Origin: Cenarchaeum sp.
GTDB lineage: Archaea > Thermoproteota > Nitrososphaeria > Nitrososphaerales > Nitrosopumilaceae
Direction of reading: 5' to 3'
DNA length: 64,000 bases
Assembly (NCBI GenBank): GCA_965206845.1
Contig: OZ242221.1
Coordinates: forward strand, 1,280,001-1,344,000
How positions within the stretch are numbered: the first letter of the stretch is position 1; each line of letters begins with the position of its first letter. The notes below the pieces were generated by a model, which worked only from the letters and a program-made list of their open reading frames with translations, was not told where the DNA came from and did no database searches. This document shows positions 1 to 10,017 of this stretch, piece after piece. The position numbers and the translations under genes were made by a program.

Positions 1-352
1 TCTTTGCCGCGTCGTATCCCTTGATGTGCAGCAGGTCCGGCATCAGCACGTCGTAGTCCCGTATGGTCTTGCTCTTGTAGTCTGCCAGCACGGGAAAGTC
101 AAACCCGTGTTTCTCCGCAAACGCCTTGTTTGCAAAGGGGCCGTCGTTGCTGATGGCAACAACCTGCGCATCCAGATCCTTGATCTCGTCCCGGGAGTCC
201 TTAAACGTGCACAGCTCCCGTTCGCAGACCGGCGAGCTTGCGGCAACAAAGAACGACAGCACTATCTTCCTCCCTCTAAACTCGTCCAGGGTTCTCATCT
301 TCATATCTGTATCTGGGAGCTCAAAGTCGGGTGCGGCATCTCCTACATTCAT
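1..352 (-). CDS. Peroxiredoxin (BCP/AhpC-TSA family), 3' end runs off the window
   Basis: Manual translation, absent from the ORF track: [53 protein letters not shown]...[14 protein letters not shown], a Prx-like active-site segment (SSPVC) with a CxxxxC pair. Confidence 0.85.
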   Translation of the reverse strand, partial: MNVGDAAPDFELPDTDMKMRTLDEFRGRKIVLSFFVAASSPVCERELCTFKDSRDEIKDLDAQVVAISNDGPFANKAFAEKHGFDFPVLADYKSKTIRDYDVLMPDLLHIKGYDAAK

Positions 353-412
353 GGCATTTCTGCATTATGTGTCATATTAAGAACTTTTGTAACTGCTGGC
401 CTTTGATCGCGG

Positions 413-489
413 GTAAGCGTTCGTGCCCATTCTCAGATCAGTGCCTATGGGCATGGCCTGCATGGCAGCGGTTGGGCGCGAACGCCCAC
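413..489 (+). mobile_element. ~77-bp MITE-like element with IS66-type ends
   Basis: GTAAGCGTTCGTGCCCA ... TGGGCGCGAACGCCCAC inverted ends; interior homologous to 2033-2122 (inverted). Confidence 0.5.
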
Positions 490-563
490 ATGCAGCTAAT
501 CATGCATATGATCCCCACTAATCCCTTGCAAGAACCTATATCCGACCACAAGCATGCATATAC

Positions 564-1862
564 ATGCGCAAGAACCAGATGGTCACGCTGGCAGTGTCTA
601 TAGCTATCTTGGCTCTTTCGGTAATCGCCTCGCAGCCGACCAATCCCGCAAACCGTGCCCTGACCTCGCTGGCGGATGCAATATTGCCTGCGGGCGAAGG
701 TGACTATACCGAGCTTCTCGAGGCCCTTGATGCGTATGCCGGTGGCTCGGTTACCCCCGATGCCGATCGCTTTGTCATGAAGGTAGTTGAGGACACGATA
801 CGCGAATATGATCTTGACAGAGAGGGCACCTTGGAGCGCATAACGGCCCTTGAGGCTGACTACGAGGAGTATCCGTTTGTGCTTGATACTGAAAGCAGAA
901 CCGTCATAGCCCATGGGGCGCTGCCGGAACGGATCGGGATGCCATCTCTGCTGTTCTCTGACGATGCCGACAGGCTGGCCGGTGATGTCCTGTCCGAGCT
1001 GCTGGAAGGCGGAGAGGGCACCGGTGTGTGGGTGGAATACCTGCTATTTGACGTCAACCTCGCCAACGATCAGCTCAAGCGCTCCTGGCTGGTCTTGCAT
1101 GACGGCGTCGCCTTCGGCGCCGGACACTACTTCCCAGCCGAGCTCCGGGTCAAGCAGGAGGTAGACAAGGCCATCTTTATGTACGATTTCCAGAAGGATC
1201 TTGCGTTTGACTACATCAACAGCTTGGCAGAAGTTCCATATCCGTACTATGTGGCGGTGATAGACATCAAGTCGGCAGAGGTCAGGGCCCACGGCGCATT
1301 TCCGGAAGAGACTGTCGGAACCAAGGTCAGCCAGTCACGCGAGGGACTGACGGATCTGGAGTACGGTGACGCCTTCTGGCTGTACGTGCAGAACAAGAAC
1401 CCAATGACCGGCCTGACAGACCAGAAACGCGTCTGGGTGGTGTCTCACGACGGGCACTACTTCTCATCAGGGTACTATTACTATGCAGAGGACAAGTCCA
1501 ATTTCACTGTAGACCGAGCGGTGGATCTCTATGTGGAGCTGGGCAGGGATGAGGCATTTTCCCAAATCACCTCCTTGGAGTCCAGCGATCCGTACTATCC
1601 CTTTGTTGTAGATCCGACTACCAGAAAGGTCGTGGCGCACGGAGCATTTCCGCATCTGGTCGGGGTGGACTCTGTACTGATCGCCACGGATGAAAACATA
1701 GCCGCCCTGCAGGCAAACACGATCGCATGGACAGACTACGAGTTTGAGAACCCTCGCACCGGCGAGCTTGAGCATAAGAGGACGCACATGCGCCTTCACG
1801 ACGGGTACATCTTCGGATCCGGATTTTACTTCACTACGTTTGGCGTCTCGGCGGGAGGATGA
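564..1862 (+). CDS. Secreted/membrane-anchored protein with three tandem single-Cache-like domains
   Basis: N-terminal hydrophobic signal; three repeats of YPFV.D.....V.AHGA.P...G...W..Y...NP.TG....KR......DG..F.SG.Y. Confidence 0.75.
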   Translation: MRKNQMVTLAVSIAILALSVIASQPTNPANRALTSLADAILPAGEGDYTELLEALDAYAGGSVTPDADRFVMKVVEDTIREYDLDREGTLERITALEADYEEYPFVLDTESRTVIAHGALPERIGMPSLLFSDDADRLAGDVLSELLEGGEGTGVWVEYLLFDVNLANDQLKRSWLVLHDGVAFGAGHYFPAELRVKQEVDKAIFMYDFQKDLAFDYINSLAEVPYPYYVAVIDIKSAEVRAHGAFPEETVGTKVSQSREGLTDLEYGDAFWLYVQNKNPMTGLTDQKRVWVVSHDGHYFSSGYYYYAEDKSNFTVDRAVDLYVELGRDEAFSQITSLESSDPYYPFVVDPTTRKVVAHGAFPHLVGVDSVLIATDENIAALQANTIAWTDYEFENPRTGELEHKRTHMRLHDGYIFGSGFYFTTFGVSAGG

Positions 1863-2032
1863 TGCTCTTCCGTATGGCGCATGGCGCTCCACTGCGAAGC
1901 GAAGAATGCGTCTGGGGGCTGCCGGCTGCGCGGGACCACCTGCGCCTATAGCCTGAAGCCCAAGGCCGGTTAACACAAGAGGCACCATGCGCCTATATGT
2001 ACGCCTGGTGCGGCTCCTCAAGCAAGCGCCGT

Positions 2033-2122
2033 GTAAGCGCTCACGCCCCCTTAATCCACGCCTAACTGCCACCATGCAGGCATACCTGTGGGCACGGATC
2101 GAGAATGGACGTGAACGCATAC
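2033..2122 (-). mobile_element. ~90-bp MITE-like element with IS66-type ends (second copy)
   Basis: GTAAGCGCTCACGCCC ... GGACGTGAACGCATAC; reverse complement aligns with 413-489 (cattctc.gatc.gtgcc...gcctgcatgg..gc.gtt.ggcg). Confidence 0.5.
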
Positions 2123-2318
2123 CTGCGGGCAACCCATTGGGATACATTCTCACGTCCATGATGCACCTGGGCGTAAAAACACACGACGGTGTGCAAAACT
2201 GTGCTTAGTTTTGATCTGAACCTAAGGATGCACTACTTGAGGTAACAGGTTACGTTCAGCACGAGGTCAATTTCAGTAACCATGGTGATCTAAATCCTGC
2301 CACACCCAAATCACTCCG

Positions 2319-2615
2319 TTGTCAAACCCAGAGATCAAGATACTGCGAGACGAGCTGGCCAGGATAATAGCGGGGAACCAGAAGAGGGACCTGCTAATTG
2401 AGGAACTGATGCGTGCGCTGGAGGAGGAGAAGCGGGCAATGGCGGAGGTGATCATGGAGAATGACTCCCTCAAGAGACGCCTGAAGATCTACGAGAACCC
2501 CCACGCCCGCCGTCGCACGGCAGCGTGCCTGCACAGCAAAAGAAGGCGCGCTCTGCAAAAGGGATCAAGCCGTCCGGCCGGACCGCAGAAAAGACGGGCG
2601 GAACACATGCCCGCT
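2319..2615 (+). pseudogene. IS66-family transposase N-terminal remnant, frameshifted
   Basis: Coiled coil ...LKRRLKIYENPHA, continuing in a shifted frame as PPSHGSVPAQQKKAR; the N-terminus resembles 4697-4750. Confidence 0.55.
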
Positions 2616-2719
2616 AATGCTTTTATTGCTGCACCGGCTTGAAATTGTATGATATGCCCATTTAGTTCCGCACCCGCCCCTCAGATATGTGGACGGGACA
2701 GGCCGGAAGGGAGAAATGC

Positions 2720-3364
2720 ATGAACACGTTCGGCATGAGCAAGGACATGGTCCGAGTGCTCAACAGACTCAACTCACAGTCGATATCTGAGAGAAGGGAG
2801 GATGACGAGATACCGCCTGATGAAGCAGGGGTCGGGGACATAAAACCTCACAGTCCGCGCATGTTTGCAATAACAGAAGACAGCGCGGTATTCCTCAACA
2901 TACTGGTTCGCAGCGCTGGATTCGCCAACGTGCTTGAGGTAGGCATGTCTGTAGGATACTCGACCATATGGTTCGCCGAAGCCGCAGGGCACAACGGGGG
3001 CAGAGTAACTACGATAGAGCGTACCCCGTCAAAGATAACCAGGGCGCAAGCGAATATCGCCGAAGCAGGAGTCTCGAACGTAACCATACTTGAAGGCACG
3101 GCGCTAGACACCATGCGCGGCATGGACGAGGAATTTGATTTTGTACTTATTGATGCTGACAAGGGGAACGCACCCAAATACTTTGATCTTGCCCTAAGCA
3201 TGCTCAGGCCCGGTGGGATGATAGCGGTTGACAATATGACATATCCGGCCAGGTATCGGAGCATGATGGACGCGCTGGCGCGCCATATTCGCTCAATACC
3301 GCAAGTCCGCACCGTAACCGTTCCCATCGGGAACGGCATAGAGATATCCACAAAGTTATCTTAA
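2720..3364 (+). CDS. SAM-dependent O-methyltransferase
   Basis: VLEVGMSVGYST motif I, FDFVLIDADK, LRPGGMIAVDN; start uncertain (2687 or 2720). Confidence 0.85.
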   Translation: MNTFGMSKDMVRVLNRLNSQSISERREDDEIPPDEAGVGDIKPHSPRMFAITEDSAVFLNILVRSAGFANVLEVGMSVGYSTIWFAEAAGHNGGRVTTIERTPSKITRAQANIAEAGVSNVTILEGTALDTMRGMDEEFDFVLIDADKGNAPKYFDLALSMLRPGGMIAVDNMTYPARYRSMMDALARHIRSIPQVRTVTVPIGNGIEISTKLS

Positions 3365-3790
3365 GCGGGGCTCCCCTGCCGGTACTGCAGCATCCCGTAA
3401 GTCTGCCGCCTATCGGCGCACCGCTCCATGACATCCGCGCTTGCACCTTTCTACAGGGCATCCGGCCCTGCCAAACGCGGAGTCACGCGTACCCAACCGC
3501 AGGCACGCGCGTGAACCGTATCTGCGATCTTCACCGGGGTATCGACCCGCCATGTGGCCTGGAACGAGTCGGACACATATCCGTTCGCGACCATTCCCCA
3601 ACACCGCCTTCGTCCTTTTGCTGGAACTGGGCCGAAGTTAACTAAACTGGTCCCTCAACCCAACGTATGTGCTGCGGACTCGTCGGCCAGGTGCTACTTT
3701 TGAGGGCGGCCCAGGCAATCTGACGGGAACGGTTCGGAAGATTTGGACACCAGGTGCCTGCCTTTTGACTGCGCATGGGTCTTGGCAGGA

Positions 3791-4594
3791 TCAGAAGCAG
3801 GAGTTGCAGTGAATTACGGCAGGCCGCAGTACCGTGATGCCTATCATGAATGCCAGATAGATGAGCGTCCCCACTTGAGTTGCGATCAAAATCATCTTGA
3901 GCCTCTTTGGGTCCATGGCAGTAGAGAATCTTGAACCCACTATCCCACCGATCATTCCGGCCGATCCCATGACGCCAAGAAGTATGAAGTTCATGTTGCC
4001 CTGGGCAAGATGCGCCAAAACACCGCATACGCCAATTACGGCCGAGAACGCCAGAGTGGTTCCGATCAACATCTTCGGATCCCCCTTAACCACGTGAACC
4101 AGCGAGCCCAGTATGATGCTGGCAAATATTATGCCCATCAGACCGCTCAGTGATCCGACGACGAGGCCGGTCAGGTATTGCCTTACGTGCCGTCCCGTAC
4201 CGGTCTGCTGGATCTCCTGAGAATCCACCTTTGCGATCCCACTGCGGCCTATGCGGTAGATGCTCCATGCCATCGATATTGCTATCATTACCAGCACTAA
4301 CAGGCTGGGAAGCAGGACGGTAAAGAACGATGCTACGACACATCCTGCGACCCCTGTACTTGCCATAGTAAGGAATGCCTTACGGTGTATGTGGCCGGCT
4401 TTAATGTATGAGAGAGCAGCACTCACCGTGACCATCGCAGTAATGCCGATGGTTGTTCCCACGGCCGCCGGCACCGAAGACTCGACATGGGCAACGACCG
4501 TAAAGCGCCCCAGATTGAGGCCCGACATACTGGTGATGGCTCCCATAAAAAGGCTGACGGCGCCCACGACTGCGATATCGAGCAGCTCTACCAT
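3791..4594 (-). CDS. TauE/SafE (TSUP) family membrane transporter
   Basis: About 8 hydrophobic helices, AAVGTT and LIGTTLA motifs, G-rich GLVVGSLSGLMGI; ATG at 4594 preferred. Confidence 0.75.
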   Translation of the reverse strand: MVELLDIAVVGAVSLFMGAITSMSGLNLGRFTVVAHVESSVPAAVGTTIGITAMVTVSAALSYIKAGHIHRKAFLTMASTGVAGCVVASFFTVLLPSLLVLVMIAISMAWSIYRIGRSGIAKVDSQEIQQTGTGRHVRQYLTGLVVGSLSGLMGIIFASIILGSLVHVVKGDPKMLIGTTLAFSAVIGVCGVLAHLAQGNMNFILLGVMGSAGMIGGIVGSRFSTAMDPKRLKMILIATQVGTLIYLAFMIGITVLRPAVIHCNSCF

Positions 4595-4647
4595 AACCGA
4601 TAGAAACAGGCGTCCCTTGTTAATTTTGTGTCGGAGACGGGAATATG

Positions 4648-5070
4648 CGTTTCGGCTCAACACAAAGATCTATGGCTGCCCGGTAGGCGAGCCCGCATGC
4701 CCAATCTGAATGCCAAGCTGCTACGGGATGAGCTGGCCAAGATAATCGGTGGAACATGGCCAAGGAGAAGAAGGGGGAGCGGCGCCAACAAAACCCTGTG
4801 GGGAGACGAGGCCGCAAGAGAGGCTGTAGGGGCTACGCGATCAGCCGCAAGGCCACACAGACCATCCGGAGCGGTTCCCAAAGATGCGTATCCTGCAGCA
4901 GCCACAACCTGACGGCGGTAAGCGCTGCCGGTAATGACGTGATCGACATACCCGCCATGCACCGTATTCTTCACTGGGTGATGTCTGCCAGGGGTGCAGC
5001 TTGGTGTCCAGATTGGGCATGTGGGCTCACCGATCGTGGCGTTTATAGATCTCTGTGCCGAGCCAAGACG
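4648..5070. mobile_element. IS66-derived remnant bounded by ~73-bp imperfect inverted repeats
   Basis: 4648-4721 is an inverted repeat of 4996-5070; each arm encodes MPNL(N/D).KL; interior encodes GRKRGCRG...CVSC...VIDIP (IS66 zinc-finger-like). Confidence 0.55.
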
Positions 5071-5124
5071 TGTTAGATTTTTCTGCATACGTTTTTATAT
5101 TATTCTCAGAGCTTCAAAGCTACC

Positions 5125-5499
5125 TTGGTGGGCGAAGTCGCAGGTAGTTATAGTACAATCCTGATGATGTTTGGCTTTGCCGTTGTCGCCACGGCGCCCG
5201 CGCTGCTGATATCGAGGATAGTGGCTCCGCGCAGGAGGCACAATCCGGTCAAGTTCCTTCCCATGGAGTGCGGCCAGGTTCCCAGTGGCGAGGGAAGAAC
5301 CCATTTTATGATGCAGTACTATGCGTATATTCTCATGTTTGTCATCTTTGATGTCATGGCCATATTCCTATACGCCTGGGGCAGCACGCTGCTGAGCCTT
5401 CCCAACACGGCCACGCTGCCAATCATAGCATTCCTGGGGATAATGTTTGCCGCTATGGCCTTTGCACTGTCCCATTCAAGGAGGCGCAACATTTGGTAA
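5125..5499 (+). CDS. nuoA: NADH-quinone oxidoreductase subunit A
   Basis: KFLPMECG, YYAYILMFVIFDV; first gene of the complex I operon. Confidence 0.93.
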   Translation: MVGEVAGSYSTILMMFGFAVVATAPALLISRIVAPRRRHNPVKFLPMECGQVPSGEGRTHFMMQYYAYILMFVIFDVMAIFLYAWGSTLLSLPNTATLPIIAFLGIMFAAMAFALSHSRRRNIW

Positions 5500-5524
5500 C
5501 TAACACGCACGCGAGGGGTTCAAA

Positions 5525-6049
5525 CTGCTAAAGGATCTCATAACCCCGCAGAACGCCAACGTATTTGTCGGCAAGCTGGGAGACATGCTGGAGAAGGCAA
5601 TCGACAAGCCGTTGGGGTACGCCATCAGCTGGGGCCGCATATGGTCGCTGTGGCCGGTGCACATCGAGACAGCATGCTGCAGCGTCGAGTTCGGCGCCGC
5701 GTCGGGCCCGCGGTACGACGTCGAGAGGTTCGGCATCATCGAGGCCTTTGGCTCGCTGCGGCAGTGTGATCTTATCGTGGTTCAGGGGACCATAACAAGA
5801 AAGATGGCCCCGCGCCTCAGGCTGGTCTACGATCAGATGCCGGAGCCCAAGTACGTGATCGCCATGGGGGCATGCGCCATCACCGGCGGCCTGTACTTTG
5901 ATTCATACAATGTCCTTCCGGGCATCGACAACGTGATTCCGGTAGACGTGTACGTGCCCGGCTGCCCGCCACGGCCCGAGACGCTGATACAGGGCTGCAT
6001 GCTGCTACAGGAGAAGATCAAGAGAATGAAGGTCAGGAAGGCGGTATGA
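5525..6049 (+). CDS. nuoB: NADH-quinone oxidoreductase subunit B
   Basis: TACCSVE, GACAITGG, VPGCPPRPE; frame open back to CTG at 5525 (ORF track starts at ATG 5585). Confidence 0.93.
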   Translation: MLKDLITPQNANVFVGKLGDMLEKAIDKPLGYAISWGRIWSLWPVHIETACCSVEFGAASGPRYDVERFGIIEAFGSLRQCDLIVVQGTITRKMAPRLRLVYDQMPEPKYVIAMGACAITGGLYFDSYNVLPGIDNVIPVDVYVPGCPPRPETLIQGCMLLQEKIKRMKVRKAV

Positions 6050-6579
6050 GCGAACAGCTGGTGCCTGCGGAGCAGGAAGGCAGCCTTGCCGGCCCAGAGA
6101 TGAACATGGCAGAGATGATACGCGCCAAGTTCGGCGACGGCGCCAGGATAGACGTGATCAAGCCGGGCCGCATCGGCGTTACCGCGACGAAGGAGGATGT
6201 CGTTGATGTTGCCAGATTTATCCGTGACGATCTGGGCTTTGATCACGCCGAGTCAGTCAGCGGGGTCGATTATCCGGCAGACGGCGAGATCGAGGTGGTG
6301 TATCACTTGGGATCATACACCGATGACTCCCTGGCGGGCCACGTACTCACGCTTGCCACAAGGGTGCCCCGGGAGGAGAAGCCGGATCCGGGAAACGACT
6401 CGACGCGGCTGCCCAGCCTCCGCGATGTCTTCTACAGCGTTGAGTTCCACGAGAGGGAGTGCTTTGAGATGCTGGGGGTATACTTTGAAGGACATCCGGA
6501 CAACAGGCGGCTGCTTCTGCCCGAGGACTGGGCAGATCTGCCACCTATGAGAAAAGACTTTAAGATAAAGGGAAGATAG
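6046..6579 (+). CDS. nuoC: NADH-quinone oxidoreductase subunit C
   Basis: ERECFEMLGVYFEGHPDNRRLLLPEDW...PMRKDF. Confidence 0.93.
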   Translation: MSEQLVPAEQEGSLAGPEMNMAEMIRAKFGDGARIDVIKPGRIGVTATKEDVVDVARFIRDDLGFDHAESVSGVDYPADGEIEVVYHLGSYTDDSLAGHVLTLATRVPREEKPDPGNDSTRLPSLRDVFYSVEFHERECFEMLGVYFEGHPDNRRLLLPEDWADLPPMRKDFKIKGR

Positions 6580-6583
6580 AGTC

Positions 6584-7717
6584 ATGGACCGACAGCTACC
6601 GCCGGGACTACAGATCGAGCCCGTAGATGATCGAATAATGACCCTTAACGTGGGCCCGCAGCACCCGGGCTCTGGGCATATGAGGCTGATCATCAAGGTG
6701 GACGGCGACTATATCGTCTCGTGCGATCCAGACCCCGGGTACGTCCACAGGGGGGAAGAGAAGATGGCCGAGTACCGGAACTACATAACCAACATCCCGC
6801 ACCTTGAGAGGCCGGTAATACATGACTCGTGCAACATCTTATACCCGTACTGCCTGGGGGTCGAGGATCTGTTGGGCATCGAGGTTCCCGAGCGCGCCAA
6901 ATACGTCCGGGTGATCGCCTCGGAGCTGAACCGCTGCATATACACCCAGTACTGGCTTGCAATATACGGAATCTTCTTGGGCCACTCTACCATGTTCATG
7001 TGGCCCACCGGCGACCGTGAGCTCATCATAGACCTGATGGAGAAGATGACCGGCGCCCGCGTGACCCATGCATACTTTGTGCCCGGCGGTACCAGAAACG
7101 ACCTCCCGGCAAACTTTGAGGACGTCTGCCTAAGGCAGGTGAACTATTTTGAGAAGCGGCTCAGGGAGTACGGCGATATCTTCTACGACAACCCGGTTCT
7201 CATATCCAGAACCCGAGACACCGGCATACTCTCACGGGACGATGCCATACGGCTGGGCACCACTGGCTCTGTTCTGCGCGCCAGCGGCGTCGACTACGAC
7301 CTGCGCAAAAAGGAACCGTACGACGCCTACGAGGAGCTTGACATCCACACCAACGTGATGAAGGAGGGCGACTCGTACGCCCGCTCCAAGGTGCCCTGGC
7401 TTGACATGCTGGAGAGCTGCAACATAATACGCCAGGCGCTTGAGAAGATGCCAAAGTCGGGCTCGGTGCGAGTAAAGCTAAAGCCCAACCCCAAGGGCGG
7501 TGACGAGTCAGTCTACAGGCGCGTCGAGTCCGGTCGCGGTTCCCTAGGGTGTTACATAGTATCAAACAAGCGGCCCGAGCCCTACCGGGTCAAGCTGAGC
7601 GTGGGCTCGTTCCGAAACCTGATCTGCATGCCATACCTGCTGAAAGGGGAGAAGCTGGGAAACATGCCCTCGGTATACTGGAGCCTGAACTACTGGCCCG
7701 TGGAGGCTGACCGATAG
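6584..7717 (+). CDS. nuoD: NADH-quinone oxidoreductase subunit D
   Basis: NVGPQHPGSGHMRL, GYVHRGEEK, C-terminal EADR. Confidence 0.95.
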   Translation: MDRQLPPGLQIEPVDDRIMTLNVGPQHPGSGHMRLIIKVDGDYIVSCDPDPGYVHRGEEKMAEYRNYITNIPHLERPVIHDSCNILYPYCLGVEDLLGIEVPERAKYVRVIASELNRCIYTQYWLAIYGIFLGHSTMFMWPTGDRELIIDLMEKMTGARVTHAYFVPGGTRNDLPANFEDVCLRQVNYFEKRLREYGDIFYDNPVLISRTRDTGILSRDDAIRLGTTGSVLRASGVDYDLRKKEPYDAYEELDIHTNVMKEGDSYARSKVPWLDMLESCNIIRQALEKMPKSGSVRVKLKPNPKGGDESVYRRVESGRGSLGCYIVSNKRPEPYRVKLSVGSFRNLICMPYLLKGEKLGNMPSVYWSLNYWPVEADR

Positions 7718-9015
7718 TGTCGGTTATAGCACCCAAGTTCAGGCTGAGCTTGTTTCTTGCCTCCCTCACTGACAACATATTCTGGATCATCGTACTGCTG
7801 ACGCTGGCAGGCATACCGCTCATCCAGATAATTCTCTTCTTTACGGATCTGCCTGTTATTGACGGTGAGCTGGTAAACCCGTTCCTGGCGCTCACCTGGC
7901 TGGCTGACCCCTCGCGTACCCTGCCCCTGATCAAGGCGCTTATGCTTACAGACATCTTCCGCATAGCGGTGTTCCCGGGCTTTGGATTTGCGGCACTGCT
8001 GGCAGCCGGAACTATCTTTGTCGAGCGTAAGATGCTGGCCAAGATGCAGCTTCGGGTGGGCCCATTCTACTGCGGCAAGGTAGAGGGAATACTGCAGCTC
8101 ATGGGCGACGGCCTCAAGCTCATCTCAAAGGAGATCATAATTCCCGCCAAGGCCGACAAGCCCATCTTCATTGTGGCGCCCCTGCTCTTTGTGGGCACGG
8201 CAGCCGCCTTTGTGGCGCTGATACCCGTGGCTCCCGGCTGGGTGGTCGCCGACGTTGACGTCGGCCTGATTGCAGTCTTTGCCGTGATCGGCTTCTTTCC
8301 GATTATTACCATACTGTCCGCCTGGTCTGCCAACAGCAAGTACCCTTTCATAGGCGGCATCAGGGCGCTTTACCAGATGGTCTCCTTTGAGATCCCGCTT
8401 ATCCTCTCATGTCTTGGGGTGGTCATGCTCACCGGGACCCTGAACCTCACCGAGATCGTCGAGTCCCAGCCGTTCTTCCCCTGGATCATATTCCTGCCCA
8501 TCGGGGCAATCGTCTTCTTTGTGTGCGCCCTTGCAGAGCTGGAGCGTATTCCATTTGACCTGCCCGAGGCTGAGAGCGAGATCGTTGCAGGCTGGCTCAC
8601 CGAGCTCTCCGGAATGATGTATGGCCTGGTGCAGCTGGGCTCCTACGTCAAGCTGTACGCCTTTGCGGCGCTCTTTGTGGTGCTGTTTCTGGGCGGCTGG
8701 AGCGGGCCCATGCTGTGGCCCCCGTTCCCCGAGGAGATCATAACCGAGGGCATCGCTGCAGGGCCTATCACCATACAGATACCGGGCCTGCCTGTATTCT
8801 CCCAAGAGATGCTCAACGGCGTCCTGTGGTTTGTGCTCAAGACGGCCGCCGTGATCTTCTTCATACTGCTGCCGCGGGGCGTCTTTCCGCGCATCAGGAT
8901 CGACATGCTCCTTGAGATCGGCTGGTTCAAGCTCATCGGCCTTGCCTTCATTAACATCTTTATAGCACTGGGCTTGCTGTACGCCGGAGTATTGGGACCG
9001 GGAGGGATATTGTAA
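7717..9015 (+). CDS. nuoH: NADH-quinone oxidoreductase subunit H
   Basis: ERKMLAKMQLRVGP, RIPFDLPEAESEIVAG. Confidence 0.95.
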   Translation: MSVIAPKFRLSLFLASLTDNIFWIIVLLTLAGIPLIQIILFFTDLPVIDGELVNPFLALTWLADPSRTLPLIKALMLTDIFRIAVFPGFGFAALLAAGTIFVERKMLAKMQLRVGPFYCGKVEGILQLMGDGLKLISKEIIIPAKADKPIFIVAPLLFVGTAAAFVALIPVAPGWVVADVDVGLIAVFAVIGFFPIITILSAWSANSKYPFIGGIRALYQMVSFEIPLILSCLGVVMLTGTLNLTEIVESQPFFPWIIFLPIGAIVFFVCALAELERIPFDLPEAESEIVAGWLTELSGMMYGLVQLGSYVKLYAFAALFVVLFLGGWSGPMLWPPFPEEIITEGIAAGPITIQIPGLPVFSQEMLNGVLWFVLKTAAVIFFILLPRGVFPRIRIDMLLEIGWFKLIGLAFINIFIALGLLYAGVLGPGGIL

Positions 9016-9512
9016 TGGGCACGGCTACTGGAATCATCAAGGCACTAAACTCGGGGATAAAGCACCTGGCAATAAAGCGATTCACCCTGAGATACCCCGA
9101 GCAGAAGCTCAAGTTTGTGGGCGACGGCTACCAGTACGATCCGGTGAGCGGCGTGGGCATAGCCGGCCTCAAGGGCCGCCACATGCTCTTTCACGACCAC
9201 TGCACCGGCTGCCAGCTCTGTGCCATCGCATGCGAGGGCGTGGCAGAGGCCATAGGCATGGTCAAGGTTCCCGAGGACTGGAAGCACAACAAAAAATCCA
9301 TAATGCCGCAGATCGACTACGGCAAGTGCGTCTTCTGCGGCCTGTGCGTGGATGCCTGTCCCTTCTACGCCCTGTACATGACAAACGATTATGAGCTGTC
9401 GTCCTTCTCCAAGGAGGGCCTGATATACACGCCCGAGCAGCTGGCAGTCAAGCCCGACGTGGCGCAGGATGCCGAGATCATAATCACCGACAGGGGTGCG
9501 ACCCATGGCTGA
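9015..9512 (+). CDS. nuoI: NADH-quinone oxidoreductase subunit I
   Basis: Two CxxCxxCxxxC 4Fe-4S motifs. Confidence 0.95.
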   Translation: MGTATGIIKALNSGIKHLAIKRFTLRYPEQKLKFVGDGYQYDPVSGVGIAGLKGRHMLFHDHCTGCQLCAIACEGVAEAIGMVKVPEDWKHNKKSIMPQIDYGKCVFCGLCVDACPFYALYMTNDYELSSFSKEGLIYTPEQLAVKPDVAQDAEIIITDRGATHG

Positions 9513-10017
9513 CGTGGCCCTTTTGGCACTGGCGGTGCTGACCATCGGGGGAGCCATTGCGGCTCTGGAGATGCGCTCGCTTATATACGGCTCCATTTCG
9601 CTGATGGGAATGCTGGCCGGCGTGGCTGGACTCTTCTTCCTGCTTGACTCGCCGTTTGTAGCGCTGTTCCAGATTGTCGTCTACGTGGGAGCCATTGCCG
9701 TGCTGATCCTCTTTACCGTCATGCTGGTCAGGAGGGAGCTGATCTTCAAGAAGATCGAGGATCCCAGGAGAAAGTGGGCCGGAATCGGACTGATGCTGGT
9801 CATGATGGTGGCCTTGGGCGCCATCATACTGGACTCCGGCATCCGGGAGATCACCACCGACGAGCCTGCAGTGGACTTTAGGAATATCGGTGAAGACTTT
9901 CTTACGTACTACTGGCCGGCACTGATTGCCATGGCGCTGATCCTGGCAGGCTCCGTTACCGGCGCACTCGTATTAGCTAAACGGGAGGATGTTCAAAATG
10001 AGCAACGAGCTGATTGA
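9505..10017 (+). CDS. nuoJ: NADH-quinone oxidoreductase subunit J
   Basis: QIVVYVGAIAVLILF. Confidence 0.92.
   Translation: MADVALLALAVLTIGGAIAALEMRSLIYGSISLMGMLAGVAGLFFLLDSPFVALFQIVVYVGAIAVLILFTVMLVRRELIFKKIEDPRRKWAGIGLMLVMMVALGAIILDSGIREITTDEPAVDFRNIGEDFLTYYWPALIAMALILAGSVTGALVLAKREDVQNEQRAD

Noticed and set aside
1987-2208. 73-aa ORF as a gene or IS66 C-terminus
   Set aside because: Largely overlaps the MITE at 2033-2122; no convincing motifs.
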